Source: a virus
Length of the DNA stretch: 64,000 nt
Direction: 5' to 3' (one strand)
Virus record (IMG/VR): IMGVR_UViG_3300027976_000007
Coordinates: 64,001 to 128,000 of that record
Each line of letters starts with the position of its first letter. The stretch's first letter is position 1. Both the position numbers and the translations under genes were made by a program. This document shows, one piece after another, positions 29,040 to 38,500 of the stretch. Under the pieces are notes generated by a model. It did no database searches. It was not told the DNA's origin and worked only from the letters and a program-made list of their open reading frames with translations.

Positions 29040-29651
29040 TTAGTTTAAAGGACAAGATCCATTACCGCATAAAATATCTATGATTATAGAATTTATTACC
29101 CCATACTGGTTATAGTATTTAGATTCAGTAATGTTTTCTCTAAGAGGTTTCATAAAGGAGTTTGGATTGGATGGGGTGCTTACAAAATCCCAACATAACA
29201 ATTCAAAATCATCTTGAACCTCCATTATTCCACCTTCTTCTTTAAGAGATCCCATACCTCTAGAAGACACACCAACACGAATATTGTTTTCTATTAAAGC
29301 TTTTAAAATATTACCTGATGGGGTAGGAAGGATTTCTATTTTCCCTATAATTTCATCCCCATCCCATCTATATTCTATAATATTATGTGATACGTTTTTT
29401 AAATTTACAGTTTGGGATTCTGGATGGTCTAGTTCTCCAGTTGCTCCATTACTTTTAATTAGTTCATCATACTTCTTCATTTCCCTAACCCAAAGCTCCC
29501 TGGAATAATATCTACCGTTACCGTTTTTGATTTCCGCTGTGGCTAGTATCCCTTCAACTACAAGATTTCCCCTAGCTGATAGTTTACCCTCTGTAATGAC
29601 AGGAGAGATTGTAGGTTTAAAGGTGGAAGTCTCTATTAATAGTTGTTTCAT
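29040..29651 (-). CDS. Prohead core protease (T4 gp21-like, peptidase U9/S77)
   Basis: KNGNGRYY, GELDHP, VSHNI, ILPTPSG, VGVSSRGMGS, WDFVSTPS. Confidence 0.95.
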   Translation of the reverse strand: MKQLLIETSTFKPTISPVITEGKLSARGNLVVEGILATAEIKNGNGRYYSRELWVREMKKYDELIKSNGATGELDHPESQTVNLKNVSHNIIEYRWDGDEIIGKIEILPTPSGNILKALIENNIRVGVSSRGMGSLKEEGGIMEVQDDFELLCWDFVSTPSNPNSFMKPLRENITESKYYNQYGVINSIIIDILCGNGSCPLN

Positions 29652-29654
29652 AAT

Positions 29655-31352
29655 TTATAGGGAATTTTTTCTTTTTAGAGGTCTTTTTCTTTCTTCAATA
29701 TTATTATCTTCAATAGTATCACCACTAACTATTTCAGTTGGAGGAGAATAAGAACATCCTGCGGTTTTTTCGTACACTTTAACCATGGTGGCTTTTTTCT
29801 TTTCTAAAAGCTTTATTTCCTTCTCCATCTCCTTGATCTTTTTCTTGTCAACAAGTTCAGATAAACTTTCATCTTCAGAAACCATAGATAATCTTTTACT
29901 TTTTGAATCAATAGCGTGTGATATAGCTTCTATTTGAAATTCTATAGTCGCAATCTTCCCTTGGTTTTCTATCTCCGATAATTTACTATCAAGGGTAGGT
30001 TTTTTCTCTTTTTTAGGTTTAGGGGATGGTTTTTCTCCTAAGGGGAGTTGTTCTTTTATAAGGTTTATCAGTTTTATGTGTTTCATATTTTTTTTACTTT
30101 CTGAGAATTGTCTTCCATCTTCAAATGATGCTACTGTGGATTCAGAATCATACCAATCCTCTACTCTATAATCAATATTACCTTTCCCGTCATCTATTCT
30201 ATTTACATGCTGGGTAACTCTTTCTGATTTTGATATATCTCTTGCTTTGTTAATAGCTCTAGTTTTAAGGTCTTCACCCTCACCAGCATCGAACCCAAAC
30301 CAAACATCATCAGGGAATTCATTAAAATCATCTTGAGTATATTCTCTGCTATCAGCTTCAGGTGGGTTGAAATTATCATTATCATAAGGGGCTTTTAAAG
30401 GTTGTTTATTTGATACCCCTTCCTTCAATTTAACTTTAACCATTTGGTCTGTTTTTGAAGCTTTTAATCCAGGTAAGTCGTCTCTATATCCTAATCCTTT
30501 TACCCCAAATTGACCATCCTTAACATAATGAAGTCTATCTTTAGTTAAGTTTTTAGCTACTATGTCTTTTATTTGTTCAACAGTTTTTTCGGAGTTCTTA
30601 GGATCTTTCATTTCACAATAATAACCTGACAAGAATTCTTGTCCAAAGATATTATCAATGTTTTTTATATCTTTATAATCATATCCTTTAACCTCCATAT
30701 CAATTACTTCTTTGGGGGTTTTCTTCTCTTCAGCTTTAGCTCCTTTTGCTTCTTTTGCTTCTTTTACAAAAGTTCTTCCACATTCTCTTAATCTTTTCAA
30801 TTTATCGTCTATTGAATTTAAAGCATCACCAAATCTGCCAGCGACTTCTCCTCCTTGAGGTTCAGCTTCTTGTTCCATATCTCTAGTAATTTGGGCTCTT
30901 TCATCCTCAAGTTCATATCTTTCTAAACCTTGTTGGGTTTTATCAACATGAAATCCTTTAGAATATTTAGGTTCACCATCTACTTGGTTTTTAAATCTGT
31001 CCCTTGATGTTCTAGCTCTCATTAAAGGGGAATCATTTACATCTTCTATTTCTTTTATTGAACTTTTAGATGTTGCGGCCGATATTTTACGATCCTCAAA
31101 ATCTGAATATTTCTTTTCCTTTTCATTTAATTTAGATTTAAATATAGAAAAGAAATCTGAATCTTCAGATTTAGTATTTTCATGGGAGTGAATTATATTA
31201 TTTCTTTTTAAACTATTTATTGTTTCTTTTATATCCGCCGCATTACGGATAATAGAAGGGAATAGTTTCTTAGCAGTTTTTTTGAAAATTTCAACATTAC
31301 CTTTTCCTTTAAGGATCAAATTATATTGTTCTTGTAAAGTTTTTTGTTTCAT
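29655..31352 (-). CDS. Prohead core/internal head protein
   Basis: Charged protein between portal and protease; repeated (L/I/V)xE linkers; internal MKHIKLINLIKEQ. Confidence 0.55.
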   Translation of the reverse strand: MKQKTLQEQYNLILKGKGNVEIFKKTAKKLFPSIIRNAADIKETINSLKRNNIIHSHENTKSEDSDFFSIFKSKLNEKEKKYSDFEDRKISAATSKSSIKEIEDVNDSPLMRARTSRDRFKNQVDGEPKYSKGFHVDKTQQGLERYELEDERAQITRDMEQEAEPQGGEVAGRFGDALNSIDDKLKRLRECGRTFVKEAKEAKGAKAEEKKTPKEVIDMEVKGYDYKDIKNIDNIFGQEFLSGYYCEMKDPKNSEKTVEQIKDIVAKNLTKDRLHYVKDGQFGVKGLGYRDDLPGLKASKTDQMVKVKLKEGVSNKQPLKAPYDNDNFNPPEADSREYTQDDFNEFPDDVWFGFDAGEGEDLKTRAINKARDISKSERVTQHVNRIDDGKGNIDYRVEDWYDSESTVASFEDGRQFSESKKNMKHIKLINLIKEQLPLGEKPSPKPKKEKKPTLDSKLSEIENQGKIATIEFQIEAISHAIDSKSKRLSMVSEDESLSELVDKKKIKEMEKEIKLLEKKKATMVKVYEKTAGCSYSPPTEIVSGDTIEDNNIEERKRPLKRKNSL

Positions 31353-32212
31353 AGGTTGTTTATTTTAAAAAGCTCTTCCATTAAATTCTGATATTGTAGT
31401 AAATTAACTAAATGGTTATTAGTTATTTTCTCTTTAGAATTAACTTCTTGGAGAAGTTTTGATATTTCTTTTATTTTTATTTTTAATGTTGGGTCTTTAA
31501 CTTTAAATATTTCTTTTTTTAAGGAAGTTTTCAGTTCTAAAATCTCTTTATTATAAAAATCTTTAAGTTTAGAAGAATTATCTACAGATTCTATAAACTC
31601 CCTTAATATTTCTTTTTGTTTAGAGTTTAATGATGAATATTTAGTATTAAATTTCTCTAATAAAACATGGTATGTAAGAATTCTTAAATCTTTATCATAG
31701 GTTCTAAACTCAGACATTACATCGGTTTTGATTTTCCCTTTATTTATTTCTTTGGTAGAAGTAAGATATTCTAGTACTAGTATTTTGTTATCTATTATCT
31801 GAGTGGGGAGAACTTTATTGGAGGTATTGTAGATTTCAAATAAAGTATAAAAGGAAGCTAGTTCCTTATAGTTAGAGATGTTAGACTTAAATAATTCATC
31901 TACATCATAGATTTCCTTCAATTCCTTTATAAGGTTATATTTTTCTTTTCTTAACTTAGTTCTATTGAGACTTTTTGAAGCTTTTAATATAGTATCTATT
32001 ACCGTAGAAGCTTTACCTTCACTAAGGTTTTTATATTTAGATAGTATTTCATATAATTTATATTCCTTACCCAACTCTGTATTAGAGAAGTATTTTTTTA
32101 ATAGAGGAAGGGATTTTGATTTTACCCCTGAGATAGTATCTGATGTTATTTTTTTCGTTAATAACTCAAATAGAATTCCTGTATTTTTAAATTTAGAATG
32201 TTTTATATTCAT
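31349..32212 (-). CDS. Prohead core protein
   Basis: KHSKFKNTGILFELL..EKYNLIKEL..EKFN.KY..L..KQK; directly downstream of portal; preceded by the late motif. Confidence 0.6.
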   Translation of the reverse strand: MNIKHSKFKNTGILFELLTKKITSDTISGVKSKSLPLLKKYFSNTELGKEYKLYEILSKYKNLSEGKASTVIDTILKASKSLNRTKLRKEKYNLIKELKEIYDVDELFKSNISNYKELASFYTLFEIYNTSNKVLPTQIIDNKILVLEYLTSTKEINKGKIKTDVMSEFRTYDKDLRILTYHVLLEKFNTKYSSLNSKQKEILREFIESVDNSSKLKDFYNKEILELKTSLKKEIFKVKDPTLKIKIKEISKLLQEVNSKEKITNNHLVNLLQYQNLMEELFKINNL

Positions 32213-32247
32213 TTCTATAGTTTCTTATAAATATGTAAAAGAGGATG

Positions 32248-34152
32248 TTATTTAATATTAGATTCATCTAAAAGCGGAGACGTATCTTCGGGAGATTCAA
32301 CTAACAAACGAGTTTTTTCTTGAGGGATTAACTCTAAAGTATCCTTGTAAGATAAATAATGGGATGTTTGTGATTCTAAAGCTAATGGAGATCCACCTTT
32401 GGGTTTATATTTTAATGGTGATTTTTCATTATTATAATCATTTTTCATCCCTTTCGAACCTAATCTATCATTCCCAAAATTGTCGGCTTGAGTATTTCGT
32501 TTAGTTTCACTATTCTTAGGTCTACCTAAAGTTTCAGATTTGTTTTCATCATATCCCGGAGGAACGGATCCCGGAACCATTCTTCCTGGACCATACAGAC
32601 TAGCCAGATCATGAGGAGTACCATAAGATTTTCCTGTTTCTAGGGGATCATTACCTTCAGATTCAATTTGAGCCAATCTAAATTTACGATGTGAGTCCTG
32701 CATAATCAAATCTCTATATTCATCATATTGATCCTCACTCAAATGGAAAATATGTTCATAAATAAAGTCAGTAGGGAATAAGTTTTGTTCTATCATGCTA
32801 GCAGCTAACTCTACCTTAGATTTTAATAATTCTATTCTCTCTTGATCATATATTATTGATGGGGTAGTTAATGAAATTTCAAAGTTTCCTAAATTCTCAT
32901 CTCTATATCCTTGCGTGTATAAATGAATAATAGCTATTTTATACAATTCAGAAATAGTTATTCTTTGGATCCTTTCTATTGTTCTAGCGAATCTAATATC
33001 TTGGGCTGCCAATGTAGCTTTACCATCAGTATTTTCATCATATCCCATGAAAGCTTTAGGTACTTTTAAAGCCGCGAATAATTTGTCTCTAAAATATTCT
33101 ACGTCTACTATCCCATCCCATTGCATCCCTTGAGCCGTATCTATTTTTGTTGATGAGTCATTTCCCCTTACGGGGATGTAATAATCTTCTAGTAGGTTTT
33201 GAAGATTGAATCTTAAATTATAATCTCCAGTTTCTGGATTTATATGGGGAGTTCGTTTCATAGTAGAAACTGTTTTTTCCATAAAAGCATCTACCTCATT
33301 TGGAGGGATTGATCCTACATTTAAATAAAATATTCTTTTTTCTGGTGCTCTTACTATCCTATGGATTAACATAGCATCCTCCATTAGTGTATATTGTTTA
33401 AATAATTTTCTTGCAGGTTCTATATAAGAACGGCCATAAGGTAAATAATTAACATCCGCAAGTAGTCTAAAGTGAGCAATTTCGTAATTATCAAATAAAT
33501 TGTCGGTTGAACCATTATCCTTTGAAGGTTTATAGTTATAGGAAGTATTGGGGCCTTCGGGACTATATCTAAATTGAATTTTGGTAGGGTTTTCTCTATC
33601 TCTTCCTTCTAATCTCTCTATATTAAATGCGGTATAAGGTATTACATTATATACTCCAAATTTTTCAGCAATTTCTAATTTTAGGAAAAAGTCTCCATAT
33701 TTACACATATTTCTTATCCAAGGCCATAAATTGAATTCTATGTTTAAAACATCATAGAATAAATTATATAAGATTTTTTGAATATCTTCATCGGTAGATT
33801 TTATTTGTAGCACCTCCCCCATATCATTTTTTAAAGTAGATTCATCTGCTATAATATCTAAAGCAGAAGCTACTATTGCATCTGTATCCATAGAATCATA
33901 ATCTGAATATAGTTGTGTTCTTATATTCTGGTGGTTTTGGTGGAGTTGATTTCCATATATTGAAGTACCATTTCCTGATGTAAATACTTTGTTGAATCTA
34001 TCGATTACAGTATTAGTAGCTACTTGGCCTGATTGTTGTATTTGGTTTATGTCAAATACTTTTAATTGATTTTCCCCATTATTTCTTATGATAACATCAG
34101 TAGAGAATAATCTTCTAAGTCTTGAGAATAAATCTTTTTTTATAGGATCCAT
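32248..34152 (-). CDS. Portal protein (T4 gp20-like)
   Basis: IVASALDIIADE, YGRSYIEPARK, LMEDAMLIHRIVRAPEKRIFY, EDYYIPVRG, LFAALKVPK, DIRFARTIERIQ. Confidence 0.95.
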   Translation of the reverse strand: MDPIKKDLFSRLRRLFSTDVIIRNNGENQLKVFDINQIQQSGQVATNTVIDRFNKVFTSGNGTSIYGNQLHQNHQNIRTQLYSDYDSMDTDAIVASALDIIADESTLKNDMGEVLQIKSTDEDIQKILYNLFYDVLNIEFNLWPWIRNMCKYGDFFLKLEIAEKFGVYNVIPYTAFNIERLEGRDRENPTKIQFRYSPEGPNTSYNYKPSKDNGSTDNLFDNYEIAHFRLLADVNYLPYGRSYIEPARKLFKQYTLMEDAMLIHRIVRAPEKRIFYLNVGSIPPNEVDAFMEKTVSTMKRTPHINPETGDYNLRFNLQNLLEDYYIPVRGNDSSTKIDTAQGMQWDGIVDVEYFRDKLFAALKVPKAFMGYDENTDGKATLAAQDIRFARTIERIQRITISELYKIAIIHLYTQGYRDENLGNFEISLTTPSIIYDQERIELLKSKVELAASMIEQNLFPTDFIYEHIFHLSEDQYDEYRDLIMQDSHRKFRLAQIESEGNDPLETGKSYGTPHDLASLYGPGRMVPGSVPPGYDENKSETLGRPKNSETKRNTQADNFGNDRLGSKGMKNDYNNEKSPLKYKPKGGSPLALESQTSHYLSYKDTLELIPQEKTRLLVESPEDTSPLLDESNIK

Positions 34153-34180
34153 TTTTAATTTTGATTTTAATTTTAGTTTT

Positions 34181-35758
34181 TTATAACAACCATTTAAGGT
34201 CTATATTATGTTCACCTATCTGGGATTTATAGGGGTTTGGGGTATTGGAATTAATAAAACCTCCAGTATATGTGGTTTTATTGGTTCTAATAGAATTTAA
34301 AGTAGCCTTAGCCATATCTAACCCCTGTTGTTGAAATCTTAATGATGTATCTCTTAAAAACATACCTATAGCATAAGATATGACCAAATCATCGTTGTTC
34401 CCCGTTCTAGCTTGAGGCTTCCCATTTTTCCATATAAATACTTTCATTTCACCTAATAATCTTCTAGACCTTATAATAGTGCCTCCATCTTTAACACATT
34501 CGACAAATTTACTTATACATAAAGGACGAGTTCTGGTGGACATTGTAAACCCAGGAACCATATCAGAACTAGAGTCATAGGATCTTAAATAAGATTCAGA
34601 TGTAAGTTTCTCTCCTTTAGGGGAATAGTATAAATTTTTATAATTTAACTCTAATACAGTTTCAATAGTAGCCCAACCTACATTAGCATTTTCTATTACT
34701 AATAAAGCGTTATTATATTCAGTACCTAAAGAAGTTACAAAATGTCCTAACTCTTTAGGGGAAAGTCTTCCCCTATATTCGGCTACTTGGGTATTTGTCT
34801 CTATATCTATAACATGAGCTGCCGAATTATCCTTCCCATCTCCTCGGGCTACATCAACTAATATTATGTAGTCTTTAGAGTAATCAGGATATTCCCATAT
34901 CCACAAATCCTTAGTAGCCCCTCTATATTCTATGGGGTCTTTTATAGTTTCTTTTTCTATTATTTCAAGGAACTCCGCAATGAAAACCGTGTCTCCAGAG
35001 TTATTAAAGTCACAATCACATTCTTGGGCGGCGGTTTTTTCTCCTAACAGATCATCTTGTTCATCTCTCCAAGTTTGGTTTCTTTCAGGATGGACAAACC
35101 AAGGGAGTTTGATGGGTAAAAATTTACCTGTTCCCTTCTTTTGACCTTGTACAGCATCTTCCCACATATCGGAAAACCAATTTCCTATCCCATTTGGGGT
35201 TGATAAAACTATACATCCTCCCCCGGTAGCTAGAGTTTGTTGAGCCGACCCCCAAGTTTCTTCTATATTATCTATAAAAGCAGCCTCATCTATTACTAGT
35301 AGAGATACAGCTTCAGATCGGGCGGAATCGCTGTTTGATGATTTGGCTTGGATTTTGGATCCATTAGATAGTCTAAGGGATAATTTATTGTTTTCTACAG
35401 AGTCTACTTTCAACCATGAAGGAAGGTTTTCCCACATAAATTGAACTTTAGTTACTAAGTTTTTTGCTGTTATTTGTGTAGTTGCTAGGGCCAGTATATT
35501 TTTATCTTTATGGAAAGTCATTAACCATAAACTATAACCTGATATTAGGGTGGAGATTCCTAATTGTCTTGATTTTAAAATAAAAACATAAGGGTTATCT
35601 TTTACTAAATTTAGAGCTTTTTCTTGGAATGGATATAAACCAAACTTAATACGACCCGCTTGAGGATGTTGAATATAGCAGTATTTTTTCATGAAATGGG
35701 TCGGATCTTTCGCACATTTCAAATATTCCTCTCGTATGGCTCTCTTTATATCACTCAT
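34181..35758 (-). CDS. terL: Terminase large subunit (T4 gp17-like)
   Basis: LYPFQ, LKSRQLGIST, LLVIDEAAF, LSTPNG, QECDC, VDVARG.G.D.SA, DDLV. Confidence 0.96.
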   Translation of the reverse strand: MSDIKRAIREEYLKCAKDPTHFMKKYCYIQHPQAGRIKFGLYPFQEKALNLVKDNPYVFILKSRQLGISTLISGYSLWLMTFHKDKNILALATTQITAKNLVTKVQFMWENLPSWLKVDSVENNKLSLRLSNGSKIQAKSSNSDSARSEAVSLLVIDEAAFIDNIEETWGSAQQTLATGGGCIVLSTPNGIGNWFSDMWEDAVQGQKKGTGKFLPIKLPWFVHPERNQTWRDEQDDLLGEKTAAQECDCDFNNSGDTVFIAEFLEIIEKETIKDPIEYRGATKDLWIWEYPDYSKDYIILVDVARGDGKDNSAAHVIDIETNTQVAEYRGRLSPKELGHFVTSLGTEYNNALLVIENANVGWATIETVLELNYKNLYYSPKGEKLTSESYLRSYDSSSDMVPGFTMSTRTRPLCISKFVECVKDGGTIIRSRRLLGEMKVFIWKNGKPQARTGNNDDLVISYAIGMFLRDTSLRFQQQGLDMAKATLNSIRTNKTTYTGGFINSNTPNPYKSQIGEHNIDLKWLL

Positions 35759-35767
35759 AGAGGTTTT

Positions 35768-36685
35768 TTATAGAGAACCTTCTAACTTCTTCTTGGTTTT
35801 GGTTAGATCCTTTAGCTGGTTTAAGTATTTTTCTTTTTTATCCCCTTCAGAACTTTTATATAGTTTAGCTATTTTCTTCATTTTTTCTACCGCAGATTGG
35901 AGTTGTAAAGCGGTATTTGAAGTGGAATCCTTTTTGAAATCTTTCTTTGTTGGTTCTTTTTCGAATTCAGAAGAATCATCATCTTTATCTGCTTTATAAT
36001 AGTTATCTTCTATTTCTTCACCCCCATCGTCTTGGTTTTTCTTTTTCCTACCTTCAAACCTCAAAGCTGTAGCTATTTTCCTCATTTTTTCTACCGCAGA
36101 TTGGAGTTGTAAAGCGGTATTTGAAGTGGAATCCTTTTTGAAATCTTTCTTTGTTGGTTTTTTTTCGAATTCAGAAGAATCATCATCTTTATCTGCTTTA
36201 TAATAGTTATCTTCTATTTCTTCACCCCCATCGTCTTGGTTTTTCTTTTTCCTACCTTCAAACCTCAAAGCTGTACCGGCACCGGCACCCATATCTTGGA
36301 GCAATTTAACAAGTTTGTCTAAGAAAGGTTTGGATTTTTTTCCTGCTCTTACTATAGCTTTTATTAATTCGTTCTCATCCGTTATCTCTGGACCGTGTGT
36401 TTCTTCAATGTTTATATCTTTGGTAATTTTTGAAGTTTTTTCAAGTTCCTTATTTAATTCTTTTTGGTTTATTACTTCTTCTTTGGTAGCTTCTTCTAAA
36501 TCATATTTACCTTCTCCAAATTTACCTTTTATCCTATTCATTATACCCTCTATAGCTGTAAAAGAATCATATGGGCTGTATCCATTACGTATAGCTATTT
36601 TTTGGATAAATTTTATTACTATTTGTTCTAAAGAACCATTAATATTGGATTCTTTGATGGAAGATTTTTTGGAAAGATGTTTCAT
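35768..36685 (-). CDS. Probable internal head protein with a 68-aa duplication
   Basis: Late motif at 36711; SIKES, DLEEA, NIEET linkers; highly charged. Confidence 0.5.
   Translation of the reverse strand: MKHLSKKSSIKESNINGSLEQIVIKFIQKIAIRNGYSPYDSFTAIEGIMNRIKGKFGEGKYDLEEATKEEVINQKELNKELEKTSKITKDINIEETHGPEITDENELIKAIVRAGKKSKPFLDKLVKLLQDMGAGAGTALRFEGRKKKNQDDGGEEIEDNYYKADKDDDSSEFEKKPTKKDFKKDSTSNTALQLQSAVEKMRKIATALRFEGRKKKNQDDGGEEIEDNYYKADKDDDSSEFEKEPTKKDFKKDSTSNTALQLQSAVEKMKKIAKLYKSSEGDKKEKYLNQLKDLTKTKKKLEGSL
35866..36275. repeat. In-frame tandem duplication, 2 x 204 bp, 2 mismatches
   Basis: Direct comparison; K/E and R/K differences. Confidence 0.95.
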
Positions 36686-36719
36686 AGTTTATTGTAAAAA
36701 TTAAAGTTTATTATAAATA

Positions 36720-37250
36720 TTACAGAGAGAGTGCATGTTTAATAGAAGATATTCTATCCTCCATACTTCCTTCTATCTTATAGAAGTTTTTGATTCGGTG
36801 TTTGTATATGTTGATTATCCTTTGGATGCTATGGTCTATTTCTTCCCTATATTCAGCATCAGTTTCCCTGACTCCATTATCTTCTATATTTACCCCTTCA
36901 GGTGAAACATAAAATATATAATCATATTCAGATATGAGATTTTTAGCCATTATACAAAAATCGTCCTTATCATTTGGAGGGATTGATTTGGATAGAAGGG
37001 AAAATGCCATTACATCTATAATAGTTCTATCGGTAATTATGTTTTCTTCAAGAAGTTCCCTTGACCTTTCTGCGGCAAATATTATTTGTCCTTTAAGGGT
37101 TGAGTCTGTATTTAAGGGTATTCCTAAATCCCTTAAATATTTAGATCTTTCTGTTGTGAATTTATAATGAGAAAATTCTGGGAGTGATTTTAATTCATTC
37201 ACCAATGAAGTTTTCCCTACAGAAACTGTTCCACAAAATCCTATTTTCAT
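36720..37250 (-). CDS. P-loop kinase/ATPase, NadR/Ttd14 (AAA_28)-like
   Basis: GTVSVGKT, ITDRTIID, YDYIFYV..IEDNGVR. Confidence 0.75.
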   Translation of the reverse strand: MKIGFCGTVSVGKTSLVNELKSLPEFSHYKFTTERSKYLRDLGIPLNTDSTLKGQIIFAAERSRELLEENIITDRTIIDVMAFSLLSKSIPPNDKDDFCIMAKNLISEYDYIFYVSPEGVNIEDNGVRETDAEYREEIDHSIQRIINIYKHRIKNFYKIEGSMEDRISSIKHALSL

Positions 37251-37253
37251 TAT

Positions 37254-37478
37254 TTATACATTTTGACAATAAATGATAAAGTCATCTATTACTTCTTTAC
37301 CATGAGAATTTAAACCTGTTTTATAGGATTCTAAGGTAAGTATAGAATTTTTAGACTCCAAAAGTAAAGGTTTAATATCTAACAGAATAGATTCGTTTAT
37401 GGATAATTGGTCTAAAGTATCCCCTGAATATGATATGCTATCATTTATATAATCTTCTATATGATCCGAGTATTTCAT
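37254..37478 (-). CDS. Hypothetical protein
   Basis: 74-aa ORF within the operon. Confidence 0.55.
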   Translation of the reverse strand: MKYSDHIEDYINDSISYSGDTLDQLSINESILLDIKPLLLESKNSILTLESYKTGLNSHGKEVIDDFIIYCQNV

Positions 37479-37932
37479 TTAATAAGGTAGTTAGTTTGAT
37501 GAATGTTTCTTTTATTTGAGAATTAAGCCATTGGAGTCTTTCTCCCATCCTTTTCCCTTCCATAGGTTTCTCAATATTTTTTTCAGGGATGTATAAAGTT
37601 AGGGGTTTTATATATTCACTCCCCACAAGAAATATAAATTTATCTTTTTTTAAATCTATACCTTTTTTTATCATTTGGGATGCTACTTTTTTACCCCACT
37701 TCTCTTTTTCTTCTTTAGACATATCCTTTAAAGTAAGATCATAAGGGCCTAATTTCATATCATATGGAACCAAATGATGTTTAGCAGATAATATAAACTT
37801 TTTATTAGGTTTCAAAGACTCACCATAAGCCAAAGTTTTTTGAAACATTGGGGATGGGGAATATAAATCTACAGCTTTAGATACTTTGTCTAGTTTAGAT
37901 TTAGTACAACTTAATAATACAATTCGGGCCAT
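37441..37932 (-). CDS. DUF6884-like (YaaA-related) protein
   Basis: IVLLSCTKSK..AVDLY.PS..F..ILSAKHHLV..PYDLTL..W..FLVG..Y..G.RMGERLQWL. Confidence 0.75.
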   Translation of the reverse strand: MARIVLLSCTKSKLDKVSKAVDLYSPSPMFQKTLAYGESLKPNKKFILSAKHHLVPYDMKLGPYDLTLKDMSKEEKEKWGKKVASQMIKKGIDLKKDKFIFLVGSEYIKPLTLYIPEKNIEKPMEGKRMGERLQWLNSQIKETFIKLTTLLNEILGSYRRLYK

Positions 37933-37952
37933 ATGTTTTTATTATAAATATA

Positions 37953-38156
37953 TTAAGATACTTTTTCAATCAAATTCATAAAAGTCTTCATAATTTGAAC
38001 TTCATTTATGAATAACTCTACATTAATCCCTCTAACCCCAACACAAACTGTTGGGGTTTTGTTTGTAGTTAAATTTTTATTTAATCCACTTAGAAAAACC
38101 CCATAAAAGGGTTCTTCCTTTATTGACCGTTTACCAGCTTGAATTATTTCTTCCAA
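37953..38156 (-). pseudogene. Truncated N-terminus of a DUF2201-type (VWA-associated metallopeptidase) gene
   Basis: EEPFYGVFLSGLNK..TPTVCVG..GINVELFIN matches the family N-terminus, but the ORF stops after 67 aa, before any HExxH motif. Confidence 0.55.
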
Positions 38157-38167
38157 ACCATATAGAT

Positions 38168-38431
38168 TTAGTTTCTGGTATCAGACAACTTGCCTTTCAT
38201 AGATGAATTTTTGTAGTAAGGCAAACCCTCTCTTTGAGATCTTGCTTCTTTCCATTCATCTTTAGTTTTTTGAAGGCCATAGAGATAATATTCAGCTTTC
38301 TTGCTGTTTCCTTCAGGGGTCAAAGCGGGGCCATCCCATCTGTGAAGTTTTCCATCCCAGATATAAGCTATAGTCCCATCTGCTTTTCTTAATTTCCTAC
38401 TTTGAGGGAATGGTGTTCTTTCCTGTGTCAT
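38168..38431 (-). CDS. Small protein with an LHR.DGPA repeat unit (start probably MTQE at 38431)
   Basis: WDGKLHRWDGPAL..EYYLYG; the promoter at 38453-38484 overlaps the longer start given in the track. Confidence 0.65.
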   Translation of the reverse strand: MTQERTPFPQSRKLRKADGTIAYIWDGKLHRWDGPALTPEGNSKKAEYYLYGLQKTKDEWKEARSQREGLPYYKNSSMKGKLSDTRN

Positions 38432-38452
38432 ATATACATTTTTGATTATACA

Positions 38453-38484
38453 TAAATATAACATCCTTTCCCCGGGAGGCCAAA
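38453..38484 (-). promoter_or_regulatory. Bacteroidetes-type promoter
   Basis: TTTG-N20-TATATTTA. Confidence 0.7.
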
Positions 38485-38500
38485 CAGGGGGGGAAATTTG

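Noticed and set aside
30203-30385. 60-aa minus-strand ORF nested in 29655-31352
   Set aside because: Out-of-frame internal ORF with no motif or promoter.
37441-37478. 38-bp overlap of the DUF6884 gene with the next ORF as a frameshifted single gene
   Set aside because: The downstream ORF has its own ATG and there is no slippery sequence; overlaps are common here.
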